DNA of 64,000 bases. Origin: Lama glama (Eukaryota). Of this stretch, positions 1 to 12,964 are shown one piece after another. The stretch's first letter is position 1. Each line of letters begins with the position of its first letter. Position numbers and translations under genes: made by a program. The stretch spans positions 9,114,001-9,178,000 of the forward strand of contig CM052828.1 of assembly GCA_028534125.1 (NCBI GenBank), written 5' to 3'. The notes under the pieces were generated by a model. It was not told the origin of the DNA, ran no database searches, and was given only the letters and a program-made list of their open reading frames with translations.

Positions 1-2889
1 CCAAAAAAGTCAGCGTTGTCGATTTCAACTTAGGCAGAACTTCAACTACCCATCATGTTAAGATATAAATTTCCATTAAAATTCTATTTTTCATATTTAA
101 TTATTCTTTATCAAAATCCATCCGGTATTATGCTGTTCTGACCATCGATTACTACTTGTAAATATTCAATCCAGAAGAAAAATAACTCCTAGAGTTACAA
201 TCATAGGAGAAATTTTAATTTTTTAGTTTCAATTTATACAAATATTTTTATTAAAGACAAATATAATAGAGAATCAAAAGCTTTCAAGCATAAGTACATT
301 ATATTAAGGTCACATTCTGTGGAGGTGGGTAAAAATGAAAGTACAATTTCAAGAAAAAGGAACTGTGTATGATATTACATATTTTTAAAACTGATGGTGA
401 TGGATACAAAAGTGCAATATTATACTCTTTGGGATATAGTTAAAAGTACCAATTTTATACTAAAATGTCAGTATCTATACGAAGTGGGAAACTGTATCCT
501 TTCCAAGCACATAATAGTATGATGCAAAATGTTATAAATTAACCTAAACGTGTGCAAGGGGGATAGCTTTACAAAAATTATTTTGGGGGTTCATAAGCAA
601 ATTAAAAGCCCTACTCTAAAACCACTCACAAGTATACTATACAACAAACAAAACTCACATGGTCTGTGGCATTTAGAAGCACCATAATTTACTACCTTTT
701 ATTAAGCTCTTTGGATGTACTTGGCACTGTTCTATGCTCCATTTAATCCTCTTATCTTTGGAGAGTAAAATCTGATTTAGAAAATATTTTTCATATATTG
801 AGCAGCTTGCTTAAAGACTAGTAAATGAGCTAGTAAACGGAAGTGAGATTCAAAGAGCCAGGCACAATATATATTTGTCAAGAAAATTAAATGAAATGTC
901 TGATGCCAAAGCTAAACCTCCTGCAATGCTCACAAGTTAGCAGACTGTGGGAGGGGAATTCGGTGTGTTTCATGGTAGAAAGACTTTTCACTCAAGCCCT
1001 AAAGTATAGACAGCATTTAAAGGCAGAAAGAAGGAATGATAAAGGAACCCTACGTAGAAGCAGTATTACCTTGCATATGTCTTTACTTCAGCGCTTACTT
1101 CACATAGTGTTTTGAAAGATTTCCTAAATACTGTGTCACTAGAGGAAAAGGGGCCATGGCTATTCAAAGCGAAGGCAGGCGCGCGCGCATGCGCGTGCTT
1201 AAGAGGGGGGGTGGGGAGCGTGATTCCACGGGTCAGCAGCAGCTGAACAGCCTTCCTTGCTAGGCACCTCCACTTTGAAGACAGAAAAAAAATTAGCAGG
1301 GAGAAGAGCCTGGATATTTATCAGGTGAAATGTAGCTGGGAATCTCAGCATAGAAAAAGTCAGTATTAAAATATTATGTTTTTATTTTGTGATTGCTCTA
1401 GGATTTGCTTTATTCTCAGTAGCCTCTGAGAAAATTCATTTCACAGGGATAGGGACTATAGAATGGTGACTTAAAAAAAAAAAAGCCTATCAAATCCCTA
1501 ACCTAGTTAAGTACTTATCAAGTGTCTTGGAAAGATAAAAAATTATTACATGGTTTCACGCTTTATCTTTTACAGTTGAGAATAGTAAAAGTCTTTGAAA
1601 TGTCAATCTAAAGTATTAAAACAGTGCCTACACCACTATAACCATCTTAAATCAAATCAAAACGTGGCTCCAGCTACCAATGGCGCATTGATTTTTTAAT
1701 CTTTTTTTTAACTTTCTAATAAAAGAAGTAAAATGTTATTTGTTTCAAACATAACCATGCGCGCGCTTTAAAAACTATTGAAGAGCAAAGGTAAAACTCT
1801 GAACCAAACACTTATTTCAATCTTGTAAACACTGAAACTAGTGACAATTATGCTAACGGTCAAATCACAAGCAGTGTTTAACAATAGTCATTTATCTCCC
1901 GATAAGGAGCATAAGTTGCTTTAATGCCTGCCTATCTGGTGGCCCTTAACCGAAAAAAAAAGGAGAGGTAATTTTTCCCGAAACATGTAACTGCCTCCTG
2001 TAGCATCCCACCCTATTCTAGCTTGCTAGGGAAACTATAAACATTGACTTTCCTGAAAGCCCCACAGGTAAGAAACAACACACATAAGAGAAAAACTGTT
2101 TCAAACAGGTTTCATATATAAGTCACCAAATGAAGCCTGTTAATGGAACAAGAGAATGAGTTAATAAAAAAACAAACAAACAATAGCTCCATTTACAACG
2201 GGGGGGGGGGGATTCTTACATTACCTTTTGTTCAGCTTTTGGAAATTTCAAAGAAAAATGTTGAATTCTTAGATATTCAAGGCCCTATTTCACAGGCAAC
2301 AACAATCCTGAAGGAGAATTCATTAAATTACAATACAACAAAGCAAATCTGGAGCATCCAAGAGACAGAGTGAAGCAATTCACTACAACTGCGGAGTGGA
2401 ACACTGGGCCAACCCCACAGTAACGCAATAATGCCGTGTCACGAAACTGCGCATTTCCAGAGAAACTTTTTCCAGACACAGAAATTAAGTCGGAGGCTCC
2501 TCTGCAGCGCTTAATCCCTAACAAACACGAATACCTGGACTCGAAAGAGGACTATCACGCGTTACCCATCCCTAATGTTGCTGTAAAGAACGGTCATCGA
2601 ACTTTCACGAAGCTGGAAGCGCTGGGTTAGGGCGAATAATCGCTGCGATTTTCAAAGCCAAGGTAAACAACAGGGGGTGGGGGGGCGTAACAATGGTCAA
2701 TAGAGACGCCCCTAGGACGACTGTAGGGGAAGAAAGGCAGCGCTCCCCATCCCGACAGTCAATAGGGGAGGGGGCCTACGGAGCTCGAAGATTACGTGAA
2801 TACATGAGATGGGGGTTAACTAAGAACAACTTCTCAAACTATTCTCTCCCGAAACCTCTCCCTTCATCGAAAGTTTCATCTCTGAGACT

Positions 2890-3600
2890 AGGGTGGGGGC
2901 CCGAGGCCTTCCCGGCCCTTCCCGCCCAGCCCGGCAGCTCGCGGGGCCGGGGCGCCCACGCCACCCGCCCGCCGTGGGGGCCCACGCAGGGGCGACTCCG
3001 TCCCGCCGGCCGCCGCCCCACCTGTGCCTTCCAGGCTCCGGCGCTTCGGCGCCTCGAGAAGAGCTCCCCGCTCGGCGGCCGCAGCCCAGGGCCGGCTCCC
3101 TCAGACGGACGCCGCGGCCAGGCGCTCGGCCGGGACCCGCCCGCGGCTCTCGGCGCCCCGCACCCGCGCGACCGCACGCCGCGACTGACAAAGCGAGCCG
3201 AGCCGCGCGCTCCGCAGCGCGCCACGTCACGCGGCCGCGCCGCCCCGCCCACCAGCCCGCTCCCGCGTGACCCGAGCGCCGGCGCGCGGCCCCCGCCGGC
3301 CGGCCTCCACGTGACGCCCACTCGGGCGGCCTCCCCGCGGGCTTGTGATCGCCTTCCCGGCCTAGGTGCTGTCCACGCTGACCTTCCAGATGGCCTCTGG
3401 GGAGACGTCAGTCCATTGCGAACCCCTCAGTCGCCATAAAACTCGGGGGTAGAAAAGGATCGAGGGCGGAAGGCCCCAAGAGAACCTCCTGGGCGTGAAC
3501 CCCCGACCAGGGTCTCCCGGCCACGTGGACAGCCTCCGCGCTTGCGCAATCTCTCACTGTCCGCGGACCCTGGGCGGCTGGAGGGACTGGGCTAGAGCCG
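2890..3600 (-). promoter_or_regulatory. SPART: CpG island promoter, inferred main promoter of SPART (spartin/SPG20), transcribed leftwards
   Basis: Very GC- and CpG-rich block with GC boxes (CCGCCC), CACGTG E-boxes (3308, 3522), TGACGTGG on the - strand (3222-3229) and TTGCGCAAT (3542-3550). Identity rests only on the known mammalian synteny of SPART head-to-head upstream of CCNA1. No SPART coding sequence is visible in the window. Confidence 0.65.
3022..3230 (-). other. SPART: Candidate non-coding first exon of SPART (5' end approximate)
   Basis: Minus-strand donor CAG|GTGGGG (plus strand ccccac/ctg at 3016-3024) lies inside the CpG island, downstream of the motif cluster. Confidence 0.4.
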
Positions 3601-3918
3601 TGGGGGGTGGGAGCCCTAATGTGTAGGGGAGCCCTGTGTGCTAGAGGTCTGTAGCACTTTGGTAAAAAATGTTAAATTCCTGACGCTTAAGGATAAATAG
3701 CAAGTGTGCTAATACCGTTTAAGATTATGGAAAGCTGAAAGGGGGAAATCAAAGTGAACATACTCTGTTTTTCTTCAACTTTCTTTGAAATTGGTGAAAT
3801 ATGATAGATGTGTGGACAGGGAATGTTGCCTGCCTTTCCAGTTCTACAAGGATCAAGCCAATGCAGCGGCCCCTGCCCTCCTCCCCCCCAATTCCAAGTG
3901 AGCCCTGAGGGGAGTTCA

Positions 3919-4267
3919 GGATGAAGAAAAACTTCAAGGGTTCTGTGCTTTGGATACTGGCCCTAGATAGTTAAGATGCATATCTGAGGATTAATGAGCC
4001 CAGACTCTTGCATCTTCCCATACATAGGAAAGCACTAAGATAATTAACTTTAGATGGTTGTTCTTTGCAATTAGCAGTAATCTTTTGATGTTCTACTACT
4101 TAAAAAAAAAAAAAAAAGACCTGTATATCCTGGCTGCTCCTTTCTCTCTTCAGAGCAGTTCCTCAGAGTTGTCAGAGAGCTGGTCTCCTGGGCAACAGTC
4201 CTCAGTAAGTTCACCAAATAAAACCTATCTTGCATCTTTTAGGTTGTGTGTTTTTCTTCAGTCGACA
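3919..4267 (+). mobile_element. ERV1-class solo LTR
   Basis: The 3' end AATAAA(4217-4222)...ttttaggttgtgtgtttttcttcagtcgaCA resembles cetartiodactyl ERV1 LTRs. Near-terminal inverted repeat TGAAGAAAAAC (3922-3932) / GTTTTTCTTCA (4250-4260). Confidence 0.7.
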
Positions 4268-4944
4268 GATGACAGATTTTATGCTCTAGAATAGACCTGC
4301 CTTTAAAAAGCAATATACTTAAACACACATATATATGAAGTGCCCTGAGCTTTTAAGATGAGCAAAGTGACTTGTTTAAGGATGGCAATGACTTAATTCT
4401 AGATGATTTGTTACACCCTCAAACAAAATTAATTAATGATGGGGAGTGTTGGGTGACTACTGGGGGAGTCTTTTAAATTTAAAATTTGGTACTTACCTTT
4501 CTGAGAAATCTCAGAAAGATAACAGCCAGCTATTCCAAAGAGAAAAACCTATTTAAAATATATACAGTAATACAATGTTTTTAAAGATTTTGCTCTTATA
4601 CCCTTTAAAAGAATTCTGAAAAACTATGACTGTGTACCTTCTCTCTCATTTTTAGATTGAGCATCAAAATTTGTCATCTCACTTAAATAGTTGCAAAGGA
4701 TGCAAACTGTTAAATTGACATTCTACAGAAAAACAGTTACATAACTCTTTCAAATGTAGCCAGTGGGAAAACTAAATACCAGACAATTTTATATGCATCA
4801 TCAGTTTTTAAAACTACATTAACAAGCTTTTCTTTAATAGGAGGAAATTTTACGTCATTCCTTTTTGCTCTTGAATTCATATTTCCATATCACTTGATGA
4901 AATTTTATCCCAACATAATAGTTATGTATTCTGGTTAGATATGA

Positions 4945-6190
4945 CCCCAAAATATAAGAAAATGGTGAACTGTACTTCATCAAAATTAAAACCTTTTGCT
5001 CTTCAAAAGACATCATCAAGAAATTGAAAATATAACCCATAGACTTTGAGAAAATATTTCAAATCATCATACCTTACTTGTATTTCAAATATATAAAGAA
5101 CTGCTAAAACCTAATAATTAACAAGATAAGTAATATACTTTTAAGTGGGCCAAAGATTTGAACAGACATTTCTCCAGAGATTTACAAAAGTCCAGCAAAC
5201 AAATGAAAAGATTCTCAATGTCATTCGTCTTTAGGGAAATGCAAATCAAAAACACAATGCGATGTCACTACTTGTGCACTAGAATGGTTGTAATAAAAAA
5301 AGACAGATACTAACAAGTGTTGTACAAGGATGTGGAGAAATTCAAACCCTCATGCACTACTGGTAGCAATATAAAATGATGCAGCCATTTTTTGATAAAC
5401 TGTTTCTTAAAAAGTTAATACATAGACTTACTACATGACCTAGCAATTCCACTCATAGGTGGAATTGTGGAAATTGTGTAGGCATGTTTTCATTTCACTT
5501 GGTTCAAAAAAAATTGAGTGATGCTGCTGTTATAAAACTCCTTCCACTTGTACTTATTTAGTTTGTTTAGGTGGATAGAGTTTCTCAGTTTTCACATCTG
5601 TAAATATTAAAATTGAAATAGAATTGGTGCTGAATTGTCTTGTTCTGGAAGTAGAATACATGTAATACAAACAATAACACACATACCTGTACACACATAC
5701 AAAGTGCACAAGTATACTTGACAAATGTTCATAGCAACATAATTTAAACAGCCCAAAAGTGAAAACAACCCAAATATCAACCCACCAGTGAATGGATCTT
5801 TGAAAATGTGGTATATTCATACCATGGAATATTGTTCTGTCCCCCAAAATGAATGAAATACTGATATATACCACAACATGTATGAACCTCAGAAACATGT
5901 ATTCTCAATGGAAGAAGCCAGAGATGAACCTATATTTCTGTTTCCAGAATTTTTTTGAAAGGTAAACATACAAAGACAGAAAGTAGATTATTGGTTGTCT
6001 AGTGTGGGGGTTTGTAATGAAATTGGCTATAAATGGGCACAAGGCTTTCTTTTTAGGGTAATGAAAATGTTCTAAAATTAGATTGTGTTGATAGTTGCAC
6101 AGCTCTGTCACTATAATAAAGTCCACTGAATTACACATTTAAGATGAGTGAATTTTATGGTATACAAATTATATTTAAACAGTTAAAAAT
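4945..6190 (+). mobile_element. Old L1 (L1MB/L1MC-type) ORF2 3' end and 3' UTR, interrupted at about 5461-5670
   Basis: Hallmark L1 phrases: cttcatcaaaattaaaaccttttgctc, agggaaatgcaaatcaaaa, gcaattccactc, acaacatgtatgaacctca, atgaaaatgttctaaaattagattgtg. Confidence 0.9.
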
Positions 6191-7699
6191 ATCTCCTGGA
6201 TTGATTATAATTTTTTACATTATATGTATTTTAAGTTTGTATAAACATGTATTGAACAAAGAGTGTATATTTATTGGAAATAGATCTTGAAGTGAAAGGG
6301 ACTTTTTTCAATTAATTCATATATTTGTGGATGATTATCACTTATTTCTGGAATGGGACAGAATTCAGCATCAATCCTGTCCTTATTTTAATATTTAAAA
6401 ATGTAAAGCCTGAGAAACTCTGTCCACAGAAACAAAACAAAGTTAACAGAAGGAATTTTATAACAAAATTGTCACTCAATTCTTTGAACTACTTCCAAAT
6501 CATATGCCCCAAATCACTTTATGATAAATTGTTCAAATTTGTTTTTTAATCCAATTGATCCTTCTTCTGTTTTCTTTTTTTAAATTAGAAAATTGGAAAT
6601 CACTTTCCTGCAAAAATATTTGTCACCAAGTGGCTATAGTTATTCACTTCCTCAATTTCTGGGAAGAACACCAGAAAGGCTTCACTAAGAGTGACCATCG
6701 GGGACCATTGAGGCCCCAGGATTCTTAGCAGTCCCACACTCAAGGTAGTGGCTCCATCCCACTAGTGGCGGCTGGGCAGAAGAAGGGATGAAGAAAACTT
6801 AAAGGGCTCTGTGCTTTGGATACTGGCCTCCCCACACTCACTTAGAACTCAGCCTCAGTTGTAGGTAGCTGGAGGCAGGAGGAGAAATGCAGGTGCCCTG
6901 CCCTCCTAGGCAGACAGCCCTCCCACTGCTAGTGATGGGGAGAGGGAGCCCTGTGCTCTCCGCTGTACCAATCTGAAGAGGCGGTTCTGCCTCACTGAGC
7001 TGGAAGGGTAGAGGGAGGGAGTAGCTCCACTGACCTTCACTGTTTTACGGAGTTTTGGATCTTTGGGGAAGTGGTCTACAGGGCTCCTCATGCCAGAAGT
7101 GGAACTCTCAATAAGCTGCATTTTAATTGCCCTACTGAACACGCACAACAAATCTAAAATCACGCTGAAGTTTCCATCTCTGTGTTTTATCCTGTATAAC
7201 TTGATTAATTTAGTAGCCCTGGAAAACATTACCACTGTATGTTAAATGATCACCATAATGTGTGTAACTTGTTTAATCATCAGGACCCCTTATTTGCACA
7301 AAGTCCTTCCAAGGCAGCCCTTGAAATGTGCTCACATAGATGTTTGAATAAAATTCGCAGAAAGAAAAAGCTTTTAGCCACAATCAGTTAAGACCACCGA
7401 CTCTTTGCACTTGACTTTCCTTCCTGTCCTTGGTGTTGACATGGCTGTAGCACTTTGCAGATCTGGGTAAGGACAATTTGAGTTGGTTGTACATTTAATT
7501 TTTGCTTTATGACATATGTTTATAGTTGCTTCTGTCTATCGTTAAGTTATCACTAGCCGTAGTGTCGTGGCATTGACTTCCAGGAATATCCCCACTCTGC
7601 TGGCTGACCCTGTACCCTAACATAAAGATAGCAGTCAAGGGTCATACTGCTTTGTGAATGTGTCCTACGGTGCACAGCATCAAAAAGCTGGTGGAGGAG

Positions 7700-8260
7700 A
7701 AGCAACGTTCGAAATACATGGAGCCAGAAGCTAATCTATTTAAAATTATTCCAGTCATCAGATTTGTAAAAGTGTTAGCAAATAATTTGGTTCTCATCAA
7801 TGCCTAGTCAAAAACCTATTCCTAATTCTTAAAAGTTTGATGACAATTGTAAAAACTTACATGACAGTATCAATATTGAATTGTGAAGCTGAAATAACCT
7901 TTTCTATACTATGGTTTAAAAACGAATCTTAATAAACCATGCTAAAGGAAGAATTGAATTCTCAATTTTTTTCTATGGCATAGATTACAAAATCATTTTC
8001 ATACGAAGAAATAATCAGAATACAGAGCCAAGAAAGTTAAGAAAAAAAGTAACATGGGATATGTTCACTACCTGATTAATAAAAGAGTTATGTCATTTTT
8101 CTGGTGATATCTGTACTATTTGTCAGCTTTTTAAAATTTGTAATTTTGGTGATTTTTCATTCTTAATAAATATGCTCTTTTGTTCCTAATTTTGTTTTTT
8201 CTTACAGAAGTCCACCCAAATTATAAAAGCAGCAAGCATCACGTAACTGGATCTGCCCTG
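7700..8260 (+). mobile_element. hAT DNA transposon fossil (Tip100/Zaphod-like) with transposase C-terminal remnant
   Basis: The frame from 7861 reads MTVSILNCEAEITFSILWFKNES**TMLKEELN, matching the hATC dimerisation motif (..sceaERsFSkL..rstM.eerL). The element ends in ggatctgccctg. Confidence 0.7.
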
Positions 8261-9444
8261 TTCCTTAGGTTGAAGTGGTACTTGAGATTAGTAAAAAAAA
8301 ATAATTGCTTATCTCTAAAAATATGTAAAAAGCCATTTTAAACATTTATTATATCTTGCTGAAATAATAAAAAGAAAAAGATCAGATGGTCAAAACAGAT
8401 TCACAAGAATCAGAGCTTTTATCTAGGATTAAACTCTATTAATAATTCCAAAGGTTACAGGGGACTACGAGATACTCAAAAATAATGAAGATGTCTGAAA
8501 CCACCAACCCAGCTTCCCAGGTTTTCCCACACCGTCTAGGAACATGCCCTGGCCCAGACCTAGCATTTGAGGTCACCAGGTAAGCATGCCAGGTATCACA
8601 CAAGCGGAACTACTTCCGTCATGAGCTATCTCCAGTTTATACTTAGAAAATTACATGGTTGACTCTGACATTGCCTCTGGGCCATTCCATGTACAGCCAT
8701 AAATTCCATGTTCATTTACCTTAAACCATCTGCACAGACCATTTCATAGATGGGACTCTCCACTATCTGTCCACCTCTGTATACCTTTGCCCAATTAACA
8801 TGTTTGCAGGGAGATTTGATTTGGTCATTTCCACCTGGGCATCAAAAGCTAGCAATAATTGGTTACAGTCCAGCTGCTAATACTTAACTTCCAACTTATT
8901 TCCCCTCTTTTGTTCCCACCAGATTCTTCTCAAAGGCAGTGCATTCTCTAACAATAGTGAAAAATTGGAAGAGACAGGAAGTCTTTAAATGAAATTATCA
9001 TTTTTTTCACACCCTCCCCACACTCTATAATATATTTGATTTACTAACATCCCTCCAAAATACCTCTCCTTTTCTATGGTCTTTACCTGAAATATGGATC
9101 TCTAAACTTTGCTTTATGGTGGTTTAAAAGCTGTTTCTCCCAAATTGTACTTTGAATTGTCCTTTTATTTGGCACTCTTGAGATTTTTACACTGTGGGCA
9201 ATGCACCAGAGGTAAGATTTGGGGAAGTGAGAGCTGTGTGTTTTTTATGCAAAGTGGGAGAAGTTTGTTGTGTTACATTGAGAAGTTTTAACATGAAAGT
9301 TTAATATGAAAGCAGGAAAAGAAATGCTAGGAAATATCACATAAGAAATTAAAATCTGGAAATTGGTTATTTGGAAACTTTTATCCCGTACCAAAAGTGG
9401 TATGTGTGCCCCTCTCTGAAGATATTAATACACTTCACGTATTT

Positions 9445-9660
9445 GTAGCTGAGTGCCTAAGACCACTAGTTCTGGAATCTGAGCGCCTGGGTTGGAAGCA
9501 ACCTTCATCTCACAGTTGCTATTACTTAACCCCTCTGAGCCTGTTTTCTCATCTGTAATACAGGGGTGTGAAAATGAGACCTACATAGGGTAGTTATCTA
9601 AAGTCACTGAAATAACTCATTTAAAGTTGGTACTCAGTAAACATTAGTAATGACAGCTGC
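9445..9660 (+). mobile_element. MIR SINE
   Basis: MIR core ttacttaacccctctgagcctgttttctcatctgtaa...acctacataggg. Confidence 0.75.
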
Positions 9661-12600
9661 TATTCTTCCCTTGCTAAAATTCTTTAATGATTAGCAAAGA
9701 ATGGTTGTGTGCTAAGCATATCTGAATAATTTTTAAAGTGTAATTTTGTCTTCATTAAGAGTGATGGAGTTACTTTCTTTTCATCAAGAATTGACTCCAC
9801 AGAACCAAAAAAAACCAAATGTGAATACTATGTTAACTCTGTCATAGTGCCACTAATAAAAACATTAATACTGTATAGAATTATTTTGATAACACAAGAG
9901 TTCTCAGAAGAAAAATCTCCTTCTTAGTGAATTTCAGGCATGATATATGCCTATTTAATTATTTAGGCATTAGTACCACTATAATTACAATCGCTGGATG
10001 ATAATGTTAAAGGCTTGACTAGAAGCCAGCATTTCAATTAGATGAACGTACTAAAAGCTCCATCGTACGTTATACTAGATTCAGTGTCATCCAGGTTGTC
10101 CAGCTTGTTTTATCCACATGCTGAAAATATGTTGTATTTTTTTCTCTTCATCTATTACATGATATTGTCAAAGGGGGTTAGAAAACCCAGAGAGTGTGTC
10201 ACAGAATTATGAATATCGTTAAAATGAAAAATGTCCAAATTACTTTGGACATGAATTGAGTTAGATGTTGGTACAGCCGTCTCGTGAACTGATCTAGGTT
10301 ATCACTGGTGATGTACCCTAATGGTCCAAGCTCAGACTGAAATCAATAGGATGACTCAGTGTAAAATAAAGCTCCTGAGAAGTGCACTATGATGAGGACT
10401 AATGTGATGATAATATTCCAAAAGTTCTACATGAGGCTAGGTCTATGATCTCATTGTATTTTCCTTCCCTAAACTGTTCCTATATGAAAAGCATACATTT
10501 GATAAAAGATCGATAATTTTGATGTTCTTAGTACAGTATAATTTTCCTCTTGCAGACCACATACTGGATGATGGACAAACGTAGCATTTAAAAATTGAAT
10601 AATAAATAGATAAAAGTAATTCCTTACCCATTGAATTGGAGATATGTATATAGGCTTTGCAAATTCCAGATTTCCATATAAAGTAGTCAGTCTGTTCTTA
10701 GGAAATATATATATACATATGTATATATCTATATCCTTTAAAAAATAATCTGCTAATTAAAGTATGGAAAACAATTCCTTTAACATTTCTTACCAACCTA
10801 ATTTGGCTTTGTTCTAGTCAAATTGATACTATTTATATTATGTTATAAAAAGGCTAATGACATGCTCAGTAAAGTACCTTATTTTCTATATATTTATATG
10901 CATAACAGGATGGAGTTTAACATCAGACACCAAAATTATTTTTATAGCGAAGTTCTTGTTTTGTATTGCTTCAGGAAACCTAAGCCACTCAGAGTCAAGG
11001 TGGGTCCCTTGGGACACAGGCAAATAAGAGACAAGTAAACGGAAGAATACTTGGAGCACTCTGTAATACTGTCACTACAGGAAGAATGAGCAGAGATTGG
11101 CAGCGAGTGGATTGGGGAATAAGAAGCCTTGAACACTGAGAAGAGAGAAGGCAAGCAGCCTGGTAGACTGGCAAATAACTCAGAAGAAGAAAGTTGCCTC
11201 GCTTTACACCCGAGGTTGTTTTTGCTATTGGGACGTAAGAAGCCTGAATTTCCTGAATCCTTTAGCGTAGTTTGCCCAAAAATGCTGTGTGTTTTGTTTT
11301 TGTTTAATTCTGGCTAGAAATTTAGGGAAGAGACTCAACATCCATCTTTGTTTCTGTGATCCAGAACAAGACAAATATGTGCATGATGCTGAACTGAACT
11401 AAATTAGGGAAAGCAAAGGCTCAGAAACAGAGGTGTCCTTGGGACAGCAAACGCCTTAGGAATGTTTGGACATTTGGATGAGAGCATCAGCTTTTCTACA
11501 AGAAGCAGAGATGGAAGCTTAAAGGAAATAGTGCTCTTCAGTCAAAGACCAGCAAGGATACACCTAAATTTTGAACTTCTGTTTAAACATTGCTCATCTT
11601 TTTGGAGAAGAAACCTGGAATTGGATTGTGAAAGAACCCCTTGATAAAACAGCAAAGCGGTTTCATTTTCTACATTGTTAAATTGGTGGATATATTTAAG
11701 TATTCCATGTATATTTGTAAAGGTTTTCCAAGCTTTGTGTAATTAGGGATCACAAGCATAAAGAGAAGAGGATATCGTTAGTGCTGGTTGGCCAGTTAGA
11801 TGTTAGCCATTCTTCTTGAGTATATCACCTATAGGAAAGCTGAAGAATGGCTGATGTGATGAAAAATGTGATGAATTTCTGATAAAGTCCACTGTTCACC
11901 AGGAATTCATTACTGGACAACCTTGACTGTCTTGGGAGGATTGTCCTTCCTAAACAGTCAATGCTTTTCTGGTCATATTCAGGCAACGTGGCTGGGAAGA
12001 TCTAGGTCCAGGAATTCTGTGTTCAGCACTCCCAGTCTGGGGTGGCTCATCCCAGGCTGATTGTCTCCCGAAACTGATGTTACAGCAGATGACACTAAAC
12101 TCAACCACAGACCTGAGTTCCTCAGTTCAAAGAGAGTTCAAAAGCAAAGATGCTATTCATGGGGAAAAAAGAGAAGTCTGTTATTTTATAAAACTTTGTA
12201 AAAATACACCAAGGGTTACACTTCATAGTTAAAATTTTCAAACAATTCTACCCAGAAATTCTCTAGCGACTGGGAATTAACCAGGGGTTGTGTTGAACAG
12301 GTGGTTCTCTCTCTCTTAGATGCCCAGCCACAGAGGAATGTGGAGCTGCTGCCTCCCAGTTCTCCCCCTTCTAAGAATTTCCCGTCTAGTCTTCTCTGCC
12401 TCTTCCTGAGTCTTTTCCTTTTTTTTCCCTAAAAAAGATTTAGGATTGTTATTGACAGAGACAGACTGCAACAGGAATGTCACAGTTGTTATAGCTTGTG
12501 CAGTTGGTTGCATTCTTTTGAAAGTATCCTGAAATTAGATCGCTGCTCGAGAGAGCCATAAAATACTACCAGCACACAATATCTTACTGCACATTATCCA

Positions 12601-12684
12601 GCAACTGTGGACCAGCCCTATCTAAACGGGCACGCCCAAGGCTGTCTGTAGTGTTTCTGCTGACGCTTAGTATTTTTTTTAAGA

Positions 12685-12950
12685 ACTTTAAAAATTTGAA
12701 ATAAAGGCAAAGAAGAAGATGCAAAAATAGTGGTTTCATGGACTCTTCACCCAGCTTTCCCCAAAGGTAATATCCTACAGAACCACAGAACATTATCAAA
12801 CACAGGAAATGTACATGGGTACAGTACCATTAACTCAACTTCAGGCATTATGTGCATTTCACCAGCTTTTCCATGCACTCATTTGGGCAAGGAGGGCAGT
12901 CTGCAGCACTCTGACATGACATAGATGCGTGTAACCACCATCACAATCTG
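12685..12950 (-). mobile_element. Old L1 (L1MC/L1MD-type) 3' UTR fragment
   Basis: cttcacccagctttccccaaaggtaatatcctaca...gtaaccaccatcacaatc, typical of antisense L1M 3' UTR. Confidence 0.6.
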
Positions 12951-12964
12951 ACTGACTGTTAATG

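Noticed and set aside
2693-3439. 248-aa ORF and overlapping ORFs on both strands
   Set aside because: Pro/Arg/Ala/Gly-rich translations are expected in a CpG island depleted of stop codons. No recognisable domain.
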